A DNA stretch of 64,000 nt from the human T2T-CHM13v2.0 reference genome, Homo sapiens. The notes beneath the pieces are model-generated. The model saw only the letters and a list, made by a program, of their open reading frames with translations. It searched no databases and was not told the DNA's origin. Both the position numbers and the translations under genes were made by a program. Every line of letters starts with the position of its first letter. The stretch's first letter is position 1. Positions 24,537 to 37,668 of the stretch are shown here, piece by piece. The DNA is taken from assembly GCF_009914755.1 (NCBI RefSeq), contig NC_060928.1. The stretch is one strand, 5' to 3'.

Positions 24537-26038
24537 AGTTGAAAGGGATTAATTAAATATTAAATTTTGCAAAAAAAAAATGACTGAACTTCAAACCATT
24601 GCTATAGAAACGATCCAAAATGAAACAGGAAAAAATGAATCAAATAAATAAAGCACAACATCAGTAAACTGCAGGACAACTTCAAGGAGCATAAAGGAAG
24701 TGTCACTAGAGTCTCTGTAAAGAGAGGGGACAGAAAAAAAATATTTAAAGAAACAATGGTTGAAATTTTTCTAAATTGGATGGAAAAAAAAAATCTTGGG
24801 CCTTGAAGCTGCAAATATACCATCCTGCCCTAAAAGCTCACAGTCTAAGAGAAACAGACATTCACAACAAATAAGCAAGCTGGCTCAGGAAAATGGCAGA
24901 TAGGAGTCAGGATTCACTTGCAGCTCACACTCAGACAGAGAAGCATGTGGAGACTAACATCATGAACTTTTGCTCCAAGAACTACTGCAGGAACATACCA
25001 GGAAAGCTAAGATAATCCACAGACCCTTTGAAAGACTCAGTTTGCCACTGCAGGGTCCATGAGACAGCTGAAAAACTGTAAGTGCCCTAGGTGTGAAGGG
25101 GAAACACGTGCCCCCAAACACACATTCTCACTGGGGAACCTGAAGGTTCAGATCACAAGAGAAAGATCTGACCATACTTAGAGCAGAGACAAATTCAGAT
25201 TGCTGAGCAAAATACAAGGGTAGAGGAAGCAGTGGGAAAAGCCCTGTGAGCACTTTCAGCCCCCAGGGAAGCCATTCCATTCCTGACTTTGTTTCACAGG
25301 AGTCCTTGGGGAGAGCTGCCAGTGGAATTGGGGAAAGACCACAGGAAGAAGGAAACTTCCAGCTGAACTCTGTAACAATTTCACCCAAATGTGAAGCTTG
25401 CTCACAGTAACTGGAGGAGGGAGTGAACAGGGTGTGCAAAAAGCACATAAGCTGCAGCAGGCAGGGAGGTGCAAAACCTGAAAGCCCTGCTTGCCTTCTC
25501 AGCAAGGAGGCTGGTATCCCGGGACAAGTTCTCAGCCCCACTCACTGGCTGCTGTTGGGGAGGCATGGTTGGACTGAGACTGGCCTGTTGAGCTGGATAG
25601 GAGGTGGGTGAGGCCTGCCACTGCTTGCTTTCCCCCACTTCCCAGGCAACCTGTATGATGCAGCAGAGGCAGCCAACATCCCCCTGGGAACACAAATGCA
25701 TCAGCCTGAGAGTCACACCCCCACTCCCCAAAGCAGCTGTAGCAAGCCCCACCCAAAAAGAGTCTGAGCTCAAATATGCCTAACCCTTCCCCCAACTGAT
25801 GGTCTTTCACTACCCAACCTGGTAGCTGAAAACAAAAGGATATAATCTCTTGGGAGCTCTATGTTGCTTCCCACCACCTGAGAAATCAGAATAACTATCC
25901 AGGCACCCCTTGGGCAAGGTTGTAACTCCCCATACTAATGCAGTTGATGCTCTCTTGAAAGCACCACCTCCTGGCTGGAGGCTAACCAACACAGAAACAG
26001 CATGCTAAACAAAACGACAACCAAGGATCCTCACAGAA

Positions 26039-28189
26039 TGTATTAGTCCATTTTCACACTGCTTGGAAGAAATACCTGAGACCAGGTACTTTCTAAAGGA
26101 AAGAGGCTTAATTAACTCACAGTTCAGCATGGCTGGAGAGGCCCCAGGAAATTTGCAATTATAGTGGAAGAGGAAGCAAACACATCTTTCTTCACATGGT
26201 GGCAGCAAGGAGAATTGCCAAGCAAAAAGGGGAAAAGCCCCTCATAAAACCATCAGCTCTTGTAAGAACTCACTCACTATCATAAGAACAGCAGCATGAG
26301 GGTATCTGCCTCCATAATTCAATTATGCCCCACTGGGACCCTCCCATGACATGTGGGAATTATGCAAACTACAATTCAAGATGAGATTTGGGTGGGGACA
26401 CAGCCAAACCATATCATTCTATCCCAGCCACTTCAGGAATATACCCATTCCAAACGGGAGAAATTGGCCAAAAAAAGGGGGGCTACAGGCCCCATGCAAG
26501 CTTTAAATCCAATAGGGTAGTCATTAAGCCTTAAAGTTCCACGATGATCTCCTTTGACTTTATGTCTCACATCCAGGTCATGCTGATGGAAGAGGTGGGC
26601 ACCCATGGACTTGGGCAGTTCCACTCCTGTGGTTTTGCAGGGTACAGGGCCCCTCCTGGCTGCTTTCATGGGCTGGTGTTGAGTTTCTGCAGATTTTCCA
26701 AGTGTACAGTGCAAGCTGTCAGTGGATCTACCATTCTGGGGTCTGGGAAACAGTGGCCCTCTTCTCACAAATCCACTAGGCAGTGCCCCTGTGGGGACTC
26801 TGTGTGAGGGCCCCAACCACACATCCCATTTCCCTTCTGCACTGCCCTAGCAGAGGTTTTCCATGTGGGCTCCACCCCTACAACAAACTTCTGCCTGGAT
26901 ATCCAGGCATTTCCATATGTCCTTTCAAATCTAGGAGAAGGTTCCCAAACCTCAGTTCTTGACTTCTGTGCACCCACAGGCTCAACAACACATAGAAGCT
27001 GCCAAGGCTTGGGGCTTGTACCCTCTGAAGCCACAGCCCAAGCTGAACCTTGGCCCCTTTTAGCCAAGGCTGGAGTGGCTGGAATGTAGGGAAACAAGTC
27101 CCGGCTGCACACAGTAGGGGGCCCTGGATGCAGCCCAGGAAACCCTTTTTCCCTCCTAGGCCTCTGAGCCTGTGATGGGAGGGGCTGCTGTGAAGACCTC
27201 TGACATGGCCTGGAGACATTTTCCCCATTGTCTTGGTGATTAACATTCAGCTCCTTGTTACTTAGGCAAATTTCTGCAGCTGGCTTGAATTTCTCCCCAG
27301 AAAATGGGTTTTTCTTTTCTATTGCATCATCAGGCTGCAAATTTTCCAAACTTTTATGTTTGGCTTGTTCTTGAATGCTTTGCTGCTTTGACATTCTTTC
27401 TACCAGATATCCTAAATCATCTCTCTCAAGTTCAAATTTCCACAGATCTCTAGGGCTGGGGCGAAATGCTGCCAGTCTTTTTGCTAAAGTATAACAAGAG
27501 TCACCTTTGTTCCTGTTCCCAAAAAGTTCCTCATCCCCATCTGAGACTAATTCAGCCTGGACTTTATTGTCCATATCACTATCAGCATTTTAGTCAAAGC
27601 CATTCAACAAGTCTCTAGGAAGTTCCAAACTTTCCCAAATCTTCCTGTCTTCTGAGCCCTCCATATCTCTAGGAAGTTCCAAACTTTCCTACAATTTCCT
27701 GCCTTTTTCTGAGCCCTACAAGTAGTTCCAACCTCTGCCAGCTACCCAGTTCCGAAGTCATTTCCACATTTTTGAGTATCTTTATAGCAGCATCCCACTA
27801 CCCAGTACTAATTTACTGTATTAGTCCATTTTCATACTGCTATGAAGAAATACCCATGACCAGGTAATTTATAAAGGAAATAGGTTTAATTGACTCACAG
27901 TTCAGCATGGCTAAGAAGGCCTCAGGAAATTTACAACCATGGTGGAAGGGAAAGCAAACACATCCTTCTTCACATGGTGGCAGCAAGAAGTGCCAAGCAA
28001 AAGGGTGGAAAGCCCCTTATAAAGCCATCTGATCTCATGAGAATTCACAAGAACAACAGAACAGCATGGGGAGTAACTGCCCTCACGATTCAATTACCTC
28101 CCACTGGGTCCCTCCCATGACACATGGGGACTATGGGAACTATAATTCAAGATGAGATTTGGATGGGGACACAGCCAAACCATATATCA
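26039..28189 (-). mobile_element. Complete THE1 (THE1D-like) MaLR element nested in the L1PB 5'UTR
   Basis: LTRs about 26039-26417 and 27817-28189, ~1.4 kb internal region; flanks cagaa/cagag restore the L1 sequence tcacagagtccac. Confidence 0.92.
26765..27574 (-). pseudogene. MaLR internal ORF remnant (269 aa open)
   Basis: MDNKVQAELVSDGDEELFGN...LWKFELERDDLGYL, characteristic THE1-int ORF. Confidence 0.75.
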
Positions 28190-28467
28190 GAGTCCACTTC
28201 TTTCCCCTGCTACCTACCACAGGGCAGGTGCTGGTATTCAAGGCTGAAAGATCTAAAGATGGATCACATCACAGGACTCCTTGCAGACACTCCCAAGTAC
28301 CAGCCTGGAGTGTAGTAGCTCCCCTGGGGGGTAGAACCAGAAGAGAAAGTACAATCACTGAAGCTCTACTCTCAGGAAGCCACATCAAGACAGTACCATG
28401 TGGGACAAAAGAATCTGAACAGCAGCCCTTGAACCTCAGATCTTCCCTCTGACATAGTCTACCCAAA

Positions 28468-29415
28468 TGACAAGGAACCAGAAAAACAATTCTGGTAATA
28501 TGACAAAACAAGGTTATTTAACACCCATAAAAGATCACACTAGCTCATGAGCAATAGATCCAAACCAAGAAAAAAATCTCTGAATTGCCAGAAAAAGAAT
28601 TCAGAACGTTGATTTTTTAAGCTAAACAAGGAGGTACCAGAGAAAGATGCACACGAAGTTAAAGAAATGAAAAGAATGTTATAGGATATGGACAGAAAAA
28701 ATCTCCAGAGAAATAGATAGCATAAATAAAAATAATCACAACTTCTGCAAATGAAGGACACACTTAGATAAATGCAAAACACACTAGAAAGGGGGTTTTG
28801 ATTCAATAAAAGAAACAAGAAGAAGAAAGAACTTCAGAACTCAAAGACAAGGCTTTTGAATTAACCCAATCCAACAAAGACAAAGAAGAAAAAGCATTAA
28901 AAAAATGAACAAAGCCTCCAAGAGGTTTGGGATTATGTTAAATAACCAAACCAAAGAATAGTTAGTGTTCTAAGGAAGAGGAGAAATATAAAAGTTTGAA
29001 AAACATATTAGACAGAATAATTGAGGAAAACTTCCCTGGCATGGCCAGAGATGTAGACATTCAAATACAAGAAGCTCAAAGAACACCTGGGAAATTTATT
29101 GCAAAAACATCATCACCTAGGCACATAGTCGTCAGGTTATCTAAAGTCAAGATGAAGGAAAGAATTTTAAGAGCTGTGAGGCAAAAGCATCAGGTAACCT
29201 ACAAAGAAAAACCTATCAGATTAACAGATTTGTCAGCAGAAACTTTACAAGCTAGAAACAAAACAATTATCAGCCAAGAATTTTTATCCAGTGAAACTAA
29301 GCTTCATAAACAAACAAAAAAAAAGATAGTCTTTTTCAGACAAACAAATGCTAAGAGAATTTGCCCCTACCAAGCCAGCACTACAATAACTGCTAAAAGG
29401 AGCTCTAAATCTTGA
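28468..29415 (+). pseudogene. L1 ORF1 remnant
   Basis: IIEENFPGMARDVDIQIQEAQRTP...SPRHIVVRLSKVKMKERILRAVRQKHQVTYK. Confidence 0.9.
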
Positions 29416-29517
29416 AAAAAATCCAAAAATAGAAGCTTCTTAAAGCATAAATCTCACAGAACCTATAAAACAATAACACAATGGAAAAAAAAGGTATTCA
29501 GGCAACAACTAGCACAA

Positions 29518-29845
29518 TGAATAGAACAATACCTCATATCTCAATACTAATTGAATGTAAATGGCCTAAATGCTCCACTTAAAAGATACAGAATGGCACA
29601 ATGAATAAGAATTCACCAACCAAGTGTCTGCTGTCTTCAAGAGACTCACATAAACTTAAGGTAAAGGGATAGAAAAAGATATTCCATGCAAATGGACACC
29701 AAAAGTAAGCAGGAGTAGCTATTCTTATATCAGACAAAACAGACTTTAAAGCAACAACAGTTTAAAAACACAAAGAAGGACATTATATAAAGATAAAAGG
29801 ACTAGTCCAACAGGAAAAATCACAATCACATATATATATATATAT

Positions 29846-29882
<37 letters not shown>

Positions 29883-32800
29883 CTAACACCAGAGGTCCCA
29901 AATTTATAAAACAATTACTACTAGACCTAAGAAATGAGATAAACGGCAACACAATAATAGTGGGGAACTTCAATACCCCAATGACAGCATTAGACAGGTA
30001 ATCAAGACAGTAAGTCAACAAAGAAACAATGGACTTAAACTATACCCTAGAACAAATGGACTTAACAGATATGTACAAAACATTCTCCCCAACAACTGCA
30101 GAATATACATTTTATTCATCAGCATATGGAACATTCTCCAAGACAAACCATATGATAGGCCACAAAACAAGTCTCAGTAAGTTTTTAAGAACTGAAATTA
30201 TATCAAGTACTCTCTCAGACCACAGTGGAAAAGAACTGGAAATTAACTCCAGAAGGAACCCTCAAAACCATGTAAATACATGGAAATTAAATAATATGCT
30301 CCTGAATGATCTTTGGGTCAACAAAGAAATCAAGATAGGAATTTAAAAATTCTTTGAACTGAACAATAATAGTGACACAACCTGTCAAAACCTCTGGAAT
30401 GCAGCAAAAGTGGTGCCAAGAGGCTTTGAATGCATACCTCAGAAAGTCCAAAAAACAAGATAAAAAGACAATCTAAGGTCACACCTCAAGGAAATGGAGA
30501 AACAAGAACAAACCAAACCCAAACTCAGCAAAAGTAAAGAAATAATAAAGATCAGAGCAGAACTAAATGAAATTGAAAAAGAAAAAAAAAATACAAGAGA
30601 TAAATGAAACAAAACGCTGGTTCCTTGAAATGATAAATAAAATTGATAGACCGTTAACAATATTAATCAATAAAAGAAGAGAGAAGATCCAAATAAGCTC
30701 AATTAGAAATAAAATAGGAGATATTACATCCGATACCAGAGAAATATAATAAAGCATGCAAGACTTTACCTTTACGCACACAAACTAGAAAACCTAGAGG
30801 AGGTGGATAAATTCCTGGAAATATACCACCTTCCTAGATCAAACCAAAAAGAAATAGAAACTGTCAACAAAGTAAATGGTAATTTAAAAATTGCCAACAA
30901 AAAAAGTCCAGGCCAGATGGATTCACAGCTGAATTCTACCAGACGTTCAAAGAAAATTTGGTACCAATTCTATTGACACTATTCCAAAAGATAGGGAAAG
31001 AGGGAATCCTCCTTAAATTATTCTATGAAGCCAGTATCACCCTAATACCAAAACCAGGAAAGGACATAACAAAAAGGAAAACTACAGACCAACATCCCAG
31101 ATGAACATAGATGCAAAAATCCTCAACAAAATTCTAGCTAACCATACCCAACAGCATATCAAACAGATAATCCACCCTGATCAACTGGGTTTCATACCAA
31201 GAATGCAGGGATGGTTTAACACACATAAGTCAATAAGTGTGATACACCACATAAACAATTAAAAACAAAAGACACATGATCATATGAATAGATGCAGAAA
31301 AAACATTTGACAAAATCCAGCATCATTTTATGATTAAAACAGTCAGCAAAATCAGCATAGAAGGGACATACCTTAAGGTAATAAAAGCCATCTATAACAA
31401 ACCCACAGCCAACATTATACTGAATGGGGAAAAGTTGGAAGCATTCCCCCTGAGAGCTGGAACAAGACAAGGTTGTCCACTTTCACCACTTCTATTCAAC
31501 ATAGTACTGGAAGTCCTAGCCAGAGCAATCAGAAAGTAGAAATACATAAAGGGCATCCAAATTGGTAAAGAGGAAGTCAAGCTGTCACTGTTTACCTGTG
31601 ATATGAGTGTATACCTATAAAACCCTAAAGACTCATGCAAAAAGCTGCTAGAACTGATAAATTAATTCAGTAAAGTTTCAGGATACAAAATTAATGTACA
31701 CAAATCAGTAGCACTGCTGTACACCAACAGTGACCAAGCTGAGAATCAAATCAATAACCCAACCCATTTTACAATATCTGAAAACAAAAAAACCTTAGGA
31801 ATATACCTAACCAAGGAGATAAAAGACATCTACAAGAAAAACTATAAATGAAACAAGACATCTACAAACAAAATACTAATGAAAGAAATCATAGACTACA
31901 CAAATGGAAACACATCCCATGCTTATGGATAGGTAGAATAAATATTGTGAAAATGACCATAGTGCCAAAAGCAATCTACAAATTCAATGCAATTCCCATC
32001 AAAATACCAACATCATTCTCCCCAGAAATACAAAAAAAAATCCTAAAATTGATATGGAACCAAAATAAAGCCCACATAGCCAAAGCAAGGCTAAGCAAAA
32101 AGAACAAACCTGGAGGCATCACATTACTGGACTTCAAACTATACTATAAGGCTATAGTCACCAAAACAGCATGGTACTGGTATAAAAATGGGCACATTGA
32201 CCAATAGAATAGAATAGAGAACCCAGAAATAAAGCCAAATACTTTATAACCAACTGATCTTCGACAAAGCAAACAAAAACATAAAATGGGGAAAGGACAC
32301 CCTATTCAACAAATGGTTCTGGGATAATTGGCAAGCCACATGTAGAAGGAAAAACTGGAATCTCATCTCTCACCTTACATAAAAATCAACTCAAGATGTA
32401 TCAAAGATTTAAATCTAAGACCTAAAACCATAAAAATTCTGGAAGATAACATCAATAAGACCCTTCTAGACCCTAGCTTAAGCAAAGACTTCATGACCAT
32501 GAACCCAAAAGCAAATGCAACAAAAACAAAGATAAATAGATGGGACCTAATTAAACTAAAAAGCTTCCTAACAGCAAAAGAAATAATCAGCAGAGTAAAC
32601 AGACAACCCACAGAGTGGAAGAAAATCTTCACAAACCGTATATCTGACAAAGGACTAATATCCAGAATCTACAAGGAACTCAAACAAATCAGCAAGAAAA
32701 AAACAAACAATCCCATCAAAAGTGGGATAAGGTCATGAATAGACAATTCTCAAACGAAGATATACAAATGGCCAACAAACATATGAAAAAATGCTCAAAA

Positions 32801-33215
32801 CCACTAATTATTTGGGAAATGCACATCAAAACCACAATGTAATACCACCTTACTCCTGCAAAAATGACCATAATCAAAAAATAATAGATGTTGGTGGAGA
32901 TGTGGGACAAAGGGAACACTTTTACACTGCTGGTGGTAATATAAACTAGTACAACCACTATGGAAAACAGTGTGGAGATTCCTTAAGGAACTAAAAGTAG
33001 AATTACCATTTGATCCAGCAATTCAAGTCCTGGGTATCTCCACCCAAAGGAAAAAAAGTCATTACATGAAAAAGATACATCCACAGGCATATTGATAGCA
33101 GCACAATTCACAAACGCAAAAATACAGAACAAGTCCAAATGCCCATCAATCAATGAGTGAATAAAGAAAACGTGGTGTATATATACCATAGAATACTATT
33201 CAGCCATAAAAAAGA
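29518..33215 (+). pseudogene. L1 ORF2 remnant (EN-RT-Cys)
   Basis: LNVNGLN region, [49 protein letters not shown]; many stops. Confidence 0.92.
29829..29880. repeat. Compound (AT)n(CA)n microsatellite inside the L1 endonuclease domain
   Basis: Direct reading. Confidence 0.95.
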
Positions 33216-33569
33216 ACAAAATAATGGCATTCACAGCAACCTGGATGGAGTTGGAGACTCCATCTAAGTAAAGTAACTCATTATTCTAAGTAAAGTAACT
33301 CAGGAATGGAAAACCAAACATCGCATGTTCTCACTCATAAGTGAGAACTAAGCTATGAGGATGGAAAGGCATAAGAATGACACAATGGACTTTGAGAACT
33401 CGGGGGGAAAGGTGGGAGGGGGTGAGGGATAAAAGACCACACACTGGGTACAATGTACACTGCTCAAGTGATGAGTACACTTAAGAACTTATACATGTAA
33501 CCAAACAACACCTGTTTCCCAAAAAACTATTGAAATGAAAATATAATACAAAAAAATTAAAATTTGATA

Positions 33570-34190
33570 TTTATTATAATAGAAGTGCAAGGAGTCAAGA
33601 TTTCACAGAGAAGGTGACTGCTAAGTAGCATTTTGAAAGATAAACTAAAATTTGCTTGGAAAAGAAGGCATGCAGATAGGGGAACAGTCTAGAAAATGAA
33701 ATTTCAATCAAAATGAGTGACATGAACAAAATCACTGAGATGTGTAGCTGTACAGTATCTTAGAGAAGAACAACCTCAGCACTTCTGGAACATAAATAGT
33801 GTCATAGTGATAGGGGTAAGGAAAGGGACTGGCATCAATGGTGTAAAGATGAAGACCATGATGACTGCATTCTCTGCTAAGGTGCTTATCCTGAAAGTCA
33901 TGGGAACCTATTACAAGGTTTTAATTAAAGAGGTGGCTTAGTTTGTAAGATCTGCATTTTAGGTAAATTAGTATAAAGCCACAACTAAAGGGAGTAGAAC
34001 CAGAAGCTGCAGCAACAGTTAGAATTAGAGACAATAAAAGTGTGTCCTAAGGCAGGCAATAGAATGATAGAAGAAAAGAGAAATTCAGGTGTTTGAGGAC
34101 AATTCCAGACTGATGTTTGGGAGTTAAAATCAGTAAGCATGGGTTATTTATTGATTGTGTGGAGGTAAAAAAGAAGGAATCAAGATGTCA
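33570..34190 (-). mobile_element. L2 LINE fragment
   Basis: cagagaaggtgac...tgaaagataa; atgggaacctattacaaggtttt; agatctgcattttag. Confidence 0.5.
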
Positions 34191-34199
34191 TCATCTCTT

Positions 34200-34497
34200 A
34201 TCATGTGTTGTCAGATGATTTTGTTGTGCAAACATTGTAGAGTGTACTTTCAGAAACCTAGATAGTGTAGCCTTCTACATATCTAGGCTATAAGGTTTAG
34301 CCTATTGCTCCTAGGCTACAAATCTGCACAGCATGTTTCTACTGTACTAAATCCTATAGGCAACTGTAACACAATGTTAGGTATTTGCATATCTAAACAT
34401 AGAAATAGTAAAAATACAGTATTATAATTTTATGGGACTACCATTGTATACATGGTCCATCATTGACCTAAACATTATTATTCAGTGCATAACTATA
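34200..34497. mobile_element. Tigger3a/MER7-like DNA transposon
   Basis: gtgcaaacattgtagagtgtactt...cctattgctcctaggctacaaa...tatgggactaccattgtata...gcataactata. Confidence 0.75.
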
Positions 34498-34738
34498 TCT
34501 AGAAATACAGAAAAAAGCTGCAGCCCCTCTGTTTGTCTTCTAGACTGAATGGTTTTCCTCCATTTTGTTTCCCTAATCATCACTTCTTCCTCTTTCTGCC
34601 TTTGAGATAGTTGCTAAAATATTTTGTTTGTTCAAGAAACTCCTTCCCAATCTTCTCATTATGTTAACTTCATTATCATTACCTAATTCTCATTTTAACA
34701 TTTGCATGGAAGGGAGATGTGTTCAAATGGGTAGACTT

Positions 34739-35138
34739 TGTGTTAGGCCATCCTTGTGTTGCTATAAAGAAATATCTGAGACTGGGTAATTTATAAAGAA
34801 AAGAGGTTTAATTGGCTCAAGGGTCTGCAGGCTATACAAGTCTGGTGCCAACATCTGCTCAGCTTTTGGTGAGGCCTCCGGGAGTTTTTAGTCATGGTGA
34901 AGGCAAAGCAGAAGCAGACATATCAAATGGTGAGACAGGGAGCAAGAGAGGTGAGCACGTGCCACACACTTTTAAACAGCCAGATCTCACAAGAACTCAC
35001 TATCACAAGGGGATGGCACTAAACCATCATAAGAAATTTGTCCCCCTGAGCCAATCACCTTCCTTCAGGCCCCACCTTCAGTACTGGGGATTACATTTCA
35101 ACATAAGATTTAGAGGGGACAACATCCAAACTATATCA
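34739..35138 (-). mobile_element. MST solo LTR
   Basis: tgtgttaggccatccttgtgttgctataaagaaata...ggggacaacatccaaactatatca. Confidence 0.85.
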
Positions 35139-36819
35139 GATTTCTATCAGCCATTTTGGACTGACACACTTCAGACCAGGTAGTTAGTGGAAATTAACAT
35201 GTGCCTAATTCAGGACAGCCCTGGTGAAACACTTTCCATTACTGATAGAAAATTATGCCTATTTCTTGGCAGATATAGTTTAAATACTTTAGTGTGTATT
35301 TTGTTTTAGGGTTTGGATTTCAGTGGTATTACTATTATGGATATTACTGGTCAGATTAAGTATCAGCTTTTAGAAGTGAAATATTTCATCTACATCACCA
35401 TTTATTTTGCTGCTTTATTCACTTGATTTAAGCAAGAACAGCAGCCTTCTCATTTCCATTTGGGTCTGGAGTCAATGTCCACTTCAGAGCACTTCTTGTT
35501 TTCTCAAAACAAAGCTTTTACTGAGCCCAGCGATCGTGGTTAGTGACCACATGGAATGGAAAGGCCAAGAAAAGTGGCCAGGGGACAAGAAACAGCTGGA
35601 AATCATTGAGAAAAGCTATAAAAACAAAAGCAAGAGGAATTAAAGTAAGAGTATGACTAATGTTTGAAATCCAGTCTCACAAAATATGTTGGAAGTTCTG
35701 AGTTGTCTTTTCCTGGGTAACAGTTTTACAAGTCTATGTCCATTGTCTACCTAAAATCCTTTCTGGAAGGATGTATCATGCCTATATATGAATTAAATCA
35801 AAACAGAACAGCAGTCATCAGCAAAGACTAAAATCTTATTGTGCAAAGGACAAGTAATCCTTTTGACAATAAAATGCTTGAATTTGATGTTTGATTGATT
35901 TAGTGTTTTGACTACTGACATCCAGTTTGAGAGCTTTAGTCCAGACCAGTTGGAAACCATAATACCTCTTCCCAGTGTCATGAGTTCAGAGATTCTTGAA
36001 GTTCAATTGCTCTTTAGCTTAATTCTCTGCTATTTTATGAAATTGCCTCTCCAATTTCTTGGTATCTCCAACAACAACAGAGACATATTTGCCAGGACTC
36101 AGTAACTTCCTGTCAGATACCAACAAAGGAAAATAATGGCACCAAGAATATTCACATGGAAAAATATGAATTTTTTCCTTCACAGATAAGTTATTCTCCA
36201 AGCACATCAGAAGCCATGTCCTGTTCTGAACATTCACTACCTGCCAACATGAGTGTCCTGCTGGCATCACTAGGTTTCCATCAGTATACTAGTGGGACAC
36301 AACAGGTCAGGTTAAACAAGATGATGTTTTCCCACCAAATTTCAGAGCCCCCACTTTAATGAGAAAAGGGAGGACACTTCAGGATCCTAATATAACCTGA
36401 ACTTGCTTCAGTGACTCCTGAAGCTAAGAAAGGATTTCTGTGGGAAGGATAGGGGTATTATACAGTATTATTATTTTGATCAATGCAAAAATTGCAACTG
36501 CTAAATTAGTTGCCACCCTCCAATCATTAAGCAGAAATGTCTTATATTCACTCATGAGGAACAAAGCACACACTTCTCACATCAAAAATAATAGTAGAGA
36601 AGACAAATGTGTAAGCGTATGTGTGGTCGCTATGAGAGAAGTGCTCAAATTCTAAGACTGTTGACTAAGACTGGTCTGTTAGCTAGCTCAAAGCCATCCC
36701 AACAAGTAAAATTAGTGACAAAAAGGACAGTTTGTGAAGATTTCATAATCTTATTCTAAGAGAAAAAGCAGCATTTTCTTATTTCTCTGGCACTTTGGAA
36801 TGATTGAAGGATAGGTTTT

Positions 36820-37030
36820 AATATTGAGTATCCACTAGGTACCAAAAGTTATGCTCATTAGGTTTTTTTTTTTAATTGATGTTATTTCATTCAATTTCTA
36901 TGGCAATCCTACGAGGCAGATAGTACTATTCCCACTTAGCAAAGGAGGAAACCTATACTGAGACAGGTTTGATAATTTACCAATTCCCATAGCCAACAAA
37001 TGGCAGAGCCAATAATTGAACCTGTTGACT
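36820..37030 (-). mobile_element. MIR SINE
   Basis: aatcctacgaggcagatagtactattcccac...gaggaaac...aaatggcagagcc. Confidence 0.6.
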
Positions 37031-37345
37031 GACTACCTACACAACATCATATTGTTTTGTCTAAGCTATAATCCACAGAAAAAGTTCTTTTGCTTTCCAA
37101 TTGTTTTATCCTGTTTTCACTCATAGAACCCTGCATGTTTTCTAATACTTCTTTCCAATTTATCATTATTTCATATGGAATATGAAATAATGGATTTCCC
37201 AGTGGATTCCCATTTTTATTGTTTATATCACCCACAAAACGCCAAGCTTTCTGATGGCAGAAACCATGTCCATCTCTGTCATCTTTGTATTTCAAGAACC
37301 TGGCACAGAGAAGCAGGAACTTTTGTTGAAATTAAAGAATAAGTC

Positions 37346-37668
37346 ACCAGGTGCAGTGGCTCATGCCTACATTCCTAGCTACTCCGAGGCCGAGGTGGAA
37401 AGATTGTTTGAGGCCAAGAATTTAAGACTGGTCTGGGCAACAGAGCGAGACCCTATTCTTAAAAAAAAAAAAAAAGAAAGAAAAAAAAAAAGAAAAAAAC
37501 ATTAGCTGGACATGGCGGCACACAACTGTAGTCCCAGCTACTCAGGAAGCTGAGGTAGGAGGATCACTGGAGCCCACCAGTTGAAGGCTATGGTGAGCCA
37601 CACTCCCATCTCTGCACCTCAGCTTGGGTGACAGAGTGAGACCCTGTCTCTTAAAAAAAGAAAGAAAG
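37346..37668 (+). mobile_element. AluJ with expanded middle A-rich linker
   Basis: Two arms; ~39-nt A-rich linker at 37461-37499; TSD taaaga(a/g)taagtc. Confidence 0.9.

Larger units (their letters stand above)
22379..24790 (+). mobile_element. Old L1M (MC/MD-type) 5'UTR-ORF1 region, interrupted by THE1, MLT1A and L1PA
   Basis: ggacttctgcttccagccaagat start; degenerate ORF1 (atttctagagatg...aatgtctgagatgaaaagtacactgaatgg; tgaacttcaa; tgaaaattttcc-like). Confidence 0.6.
24880..33560 (+). mobile_element. Full-length L1PB (L1PBa 5' end, L1PB1-like 3' end), inserted in an L2
   Basis: 5'UTR aaaatggcagataggag...gaacttttgctccaagaac; ORF1 and ORF2 remnants; 3' gggtacaatgtacactgctc...ctattgaaatgaaaa; L2-like flanks at about 24820-24875 and after 33570. 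Confidence 0.9.

Noticed and set aside
25128-25992. Cluster of ORFs in a GC-richer block
   Set aside because: They lie in the L1PB 5'UTR, where higher GC lowers stop-codon frequency.
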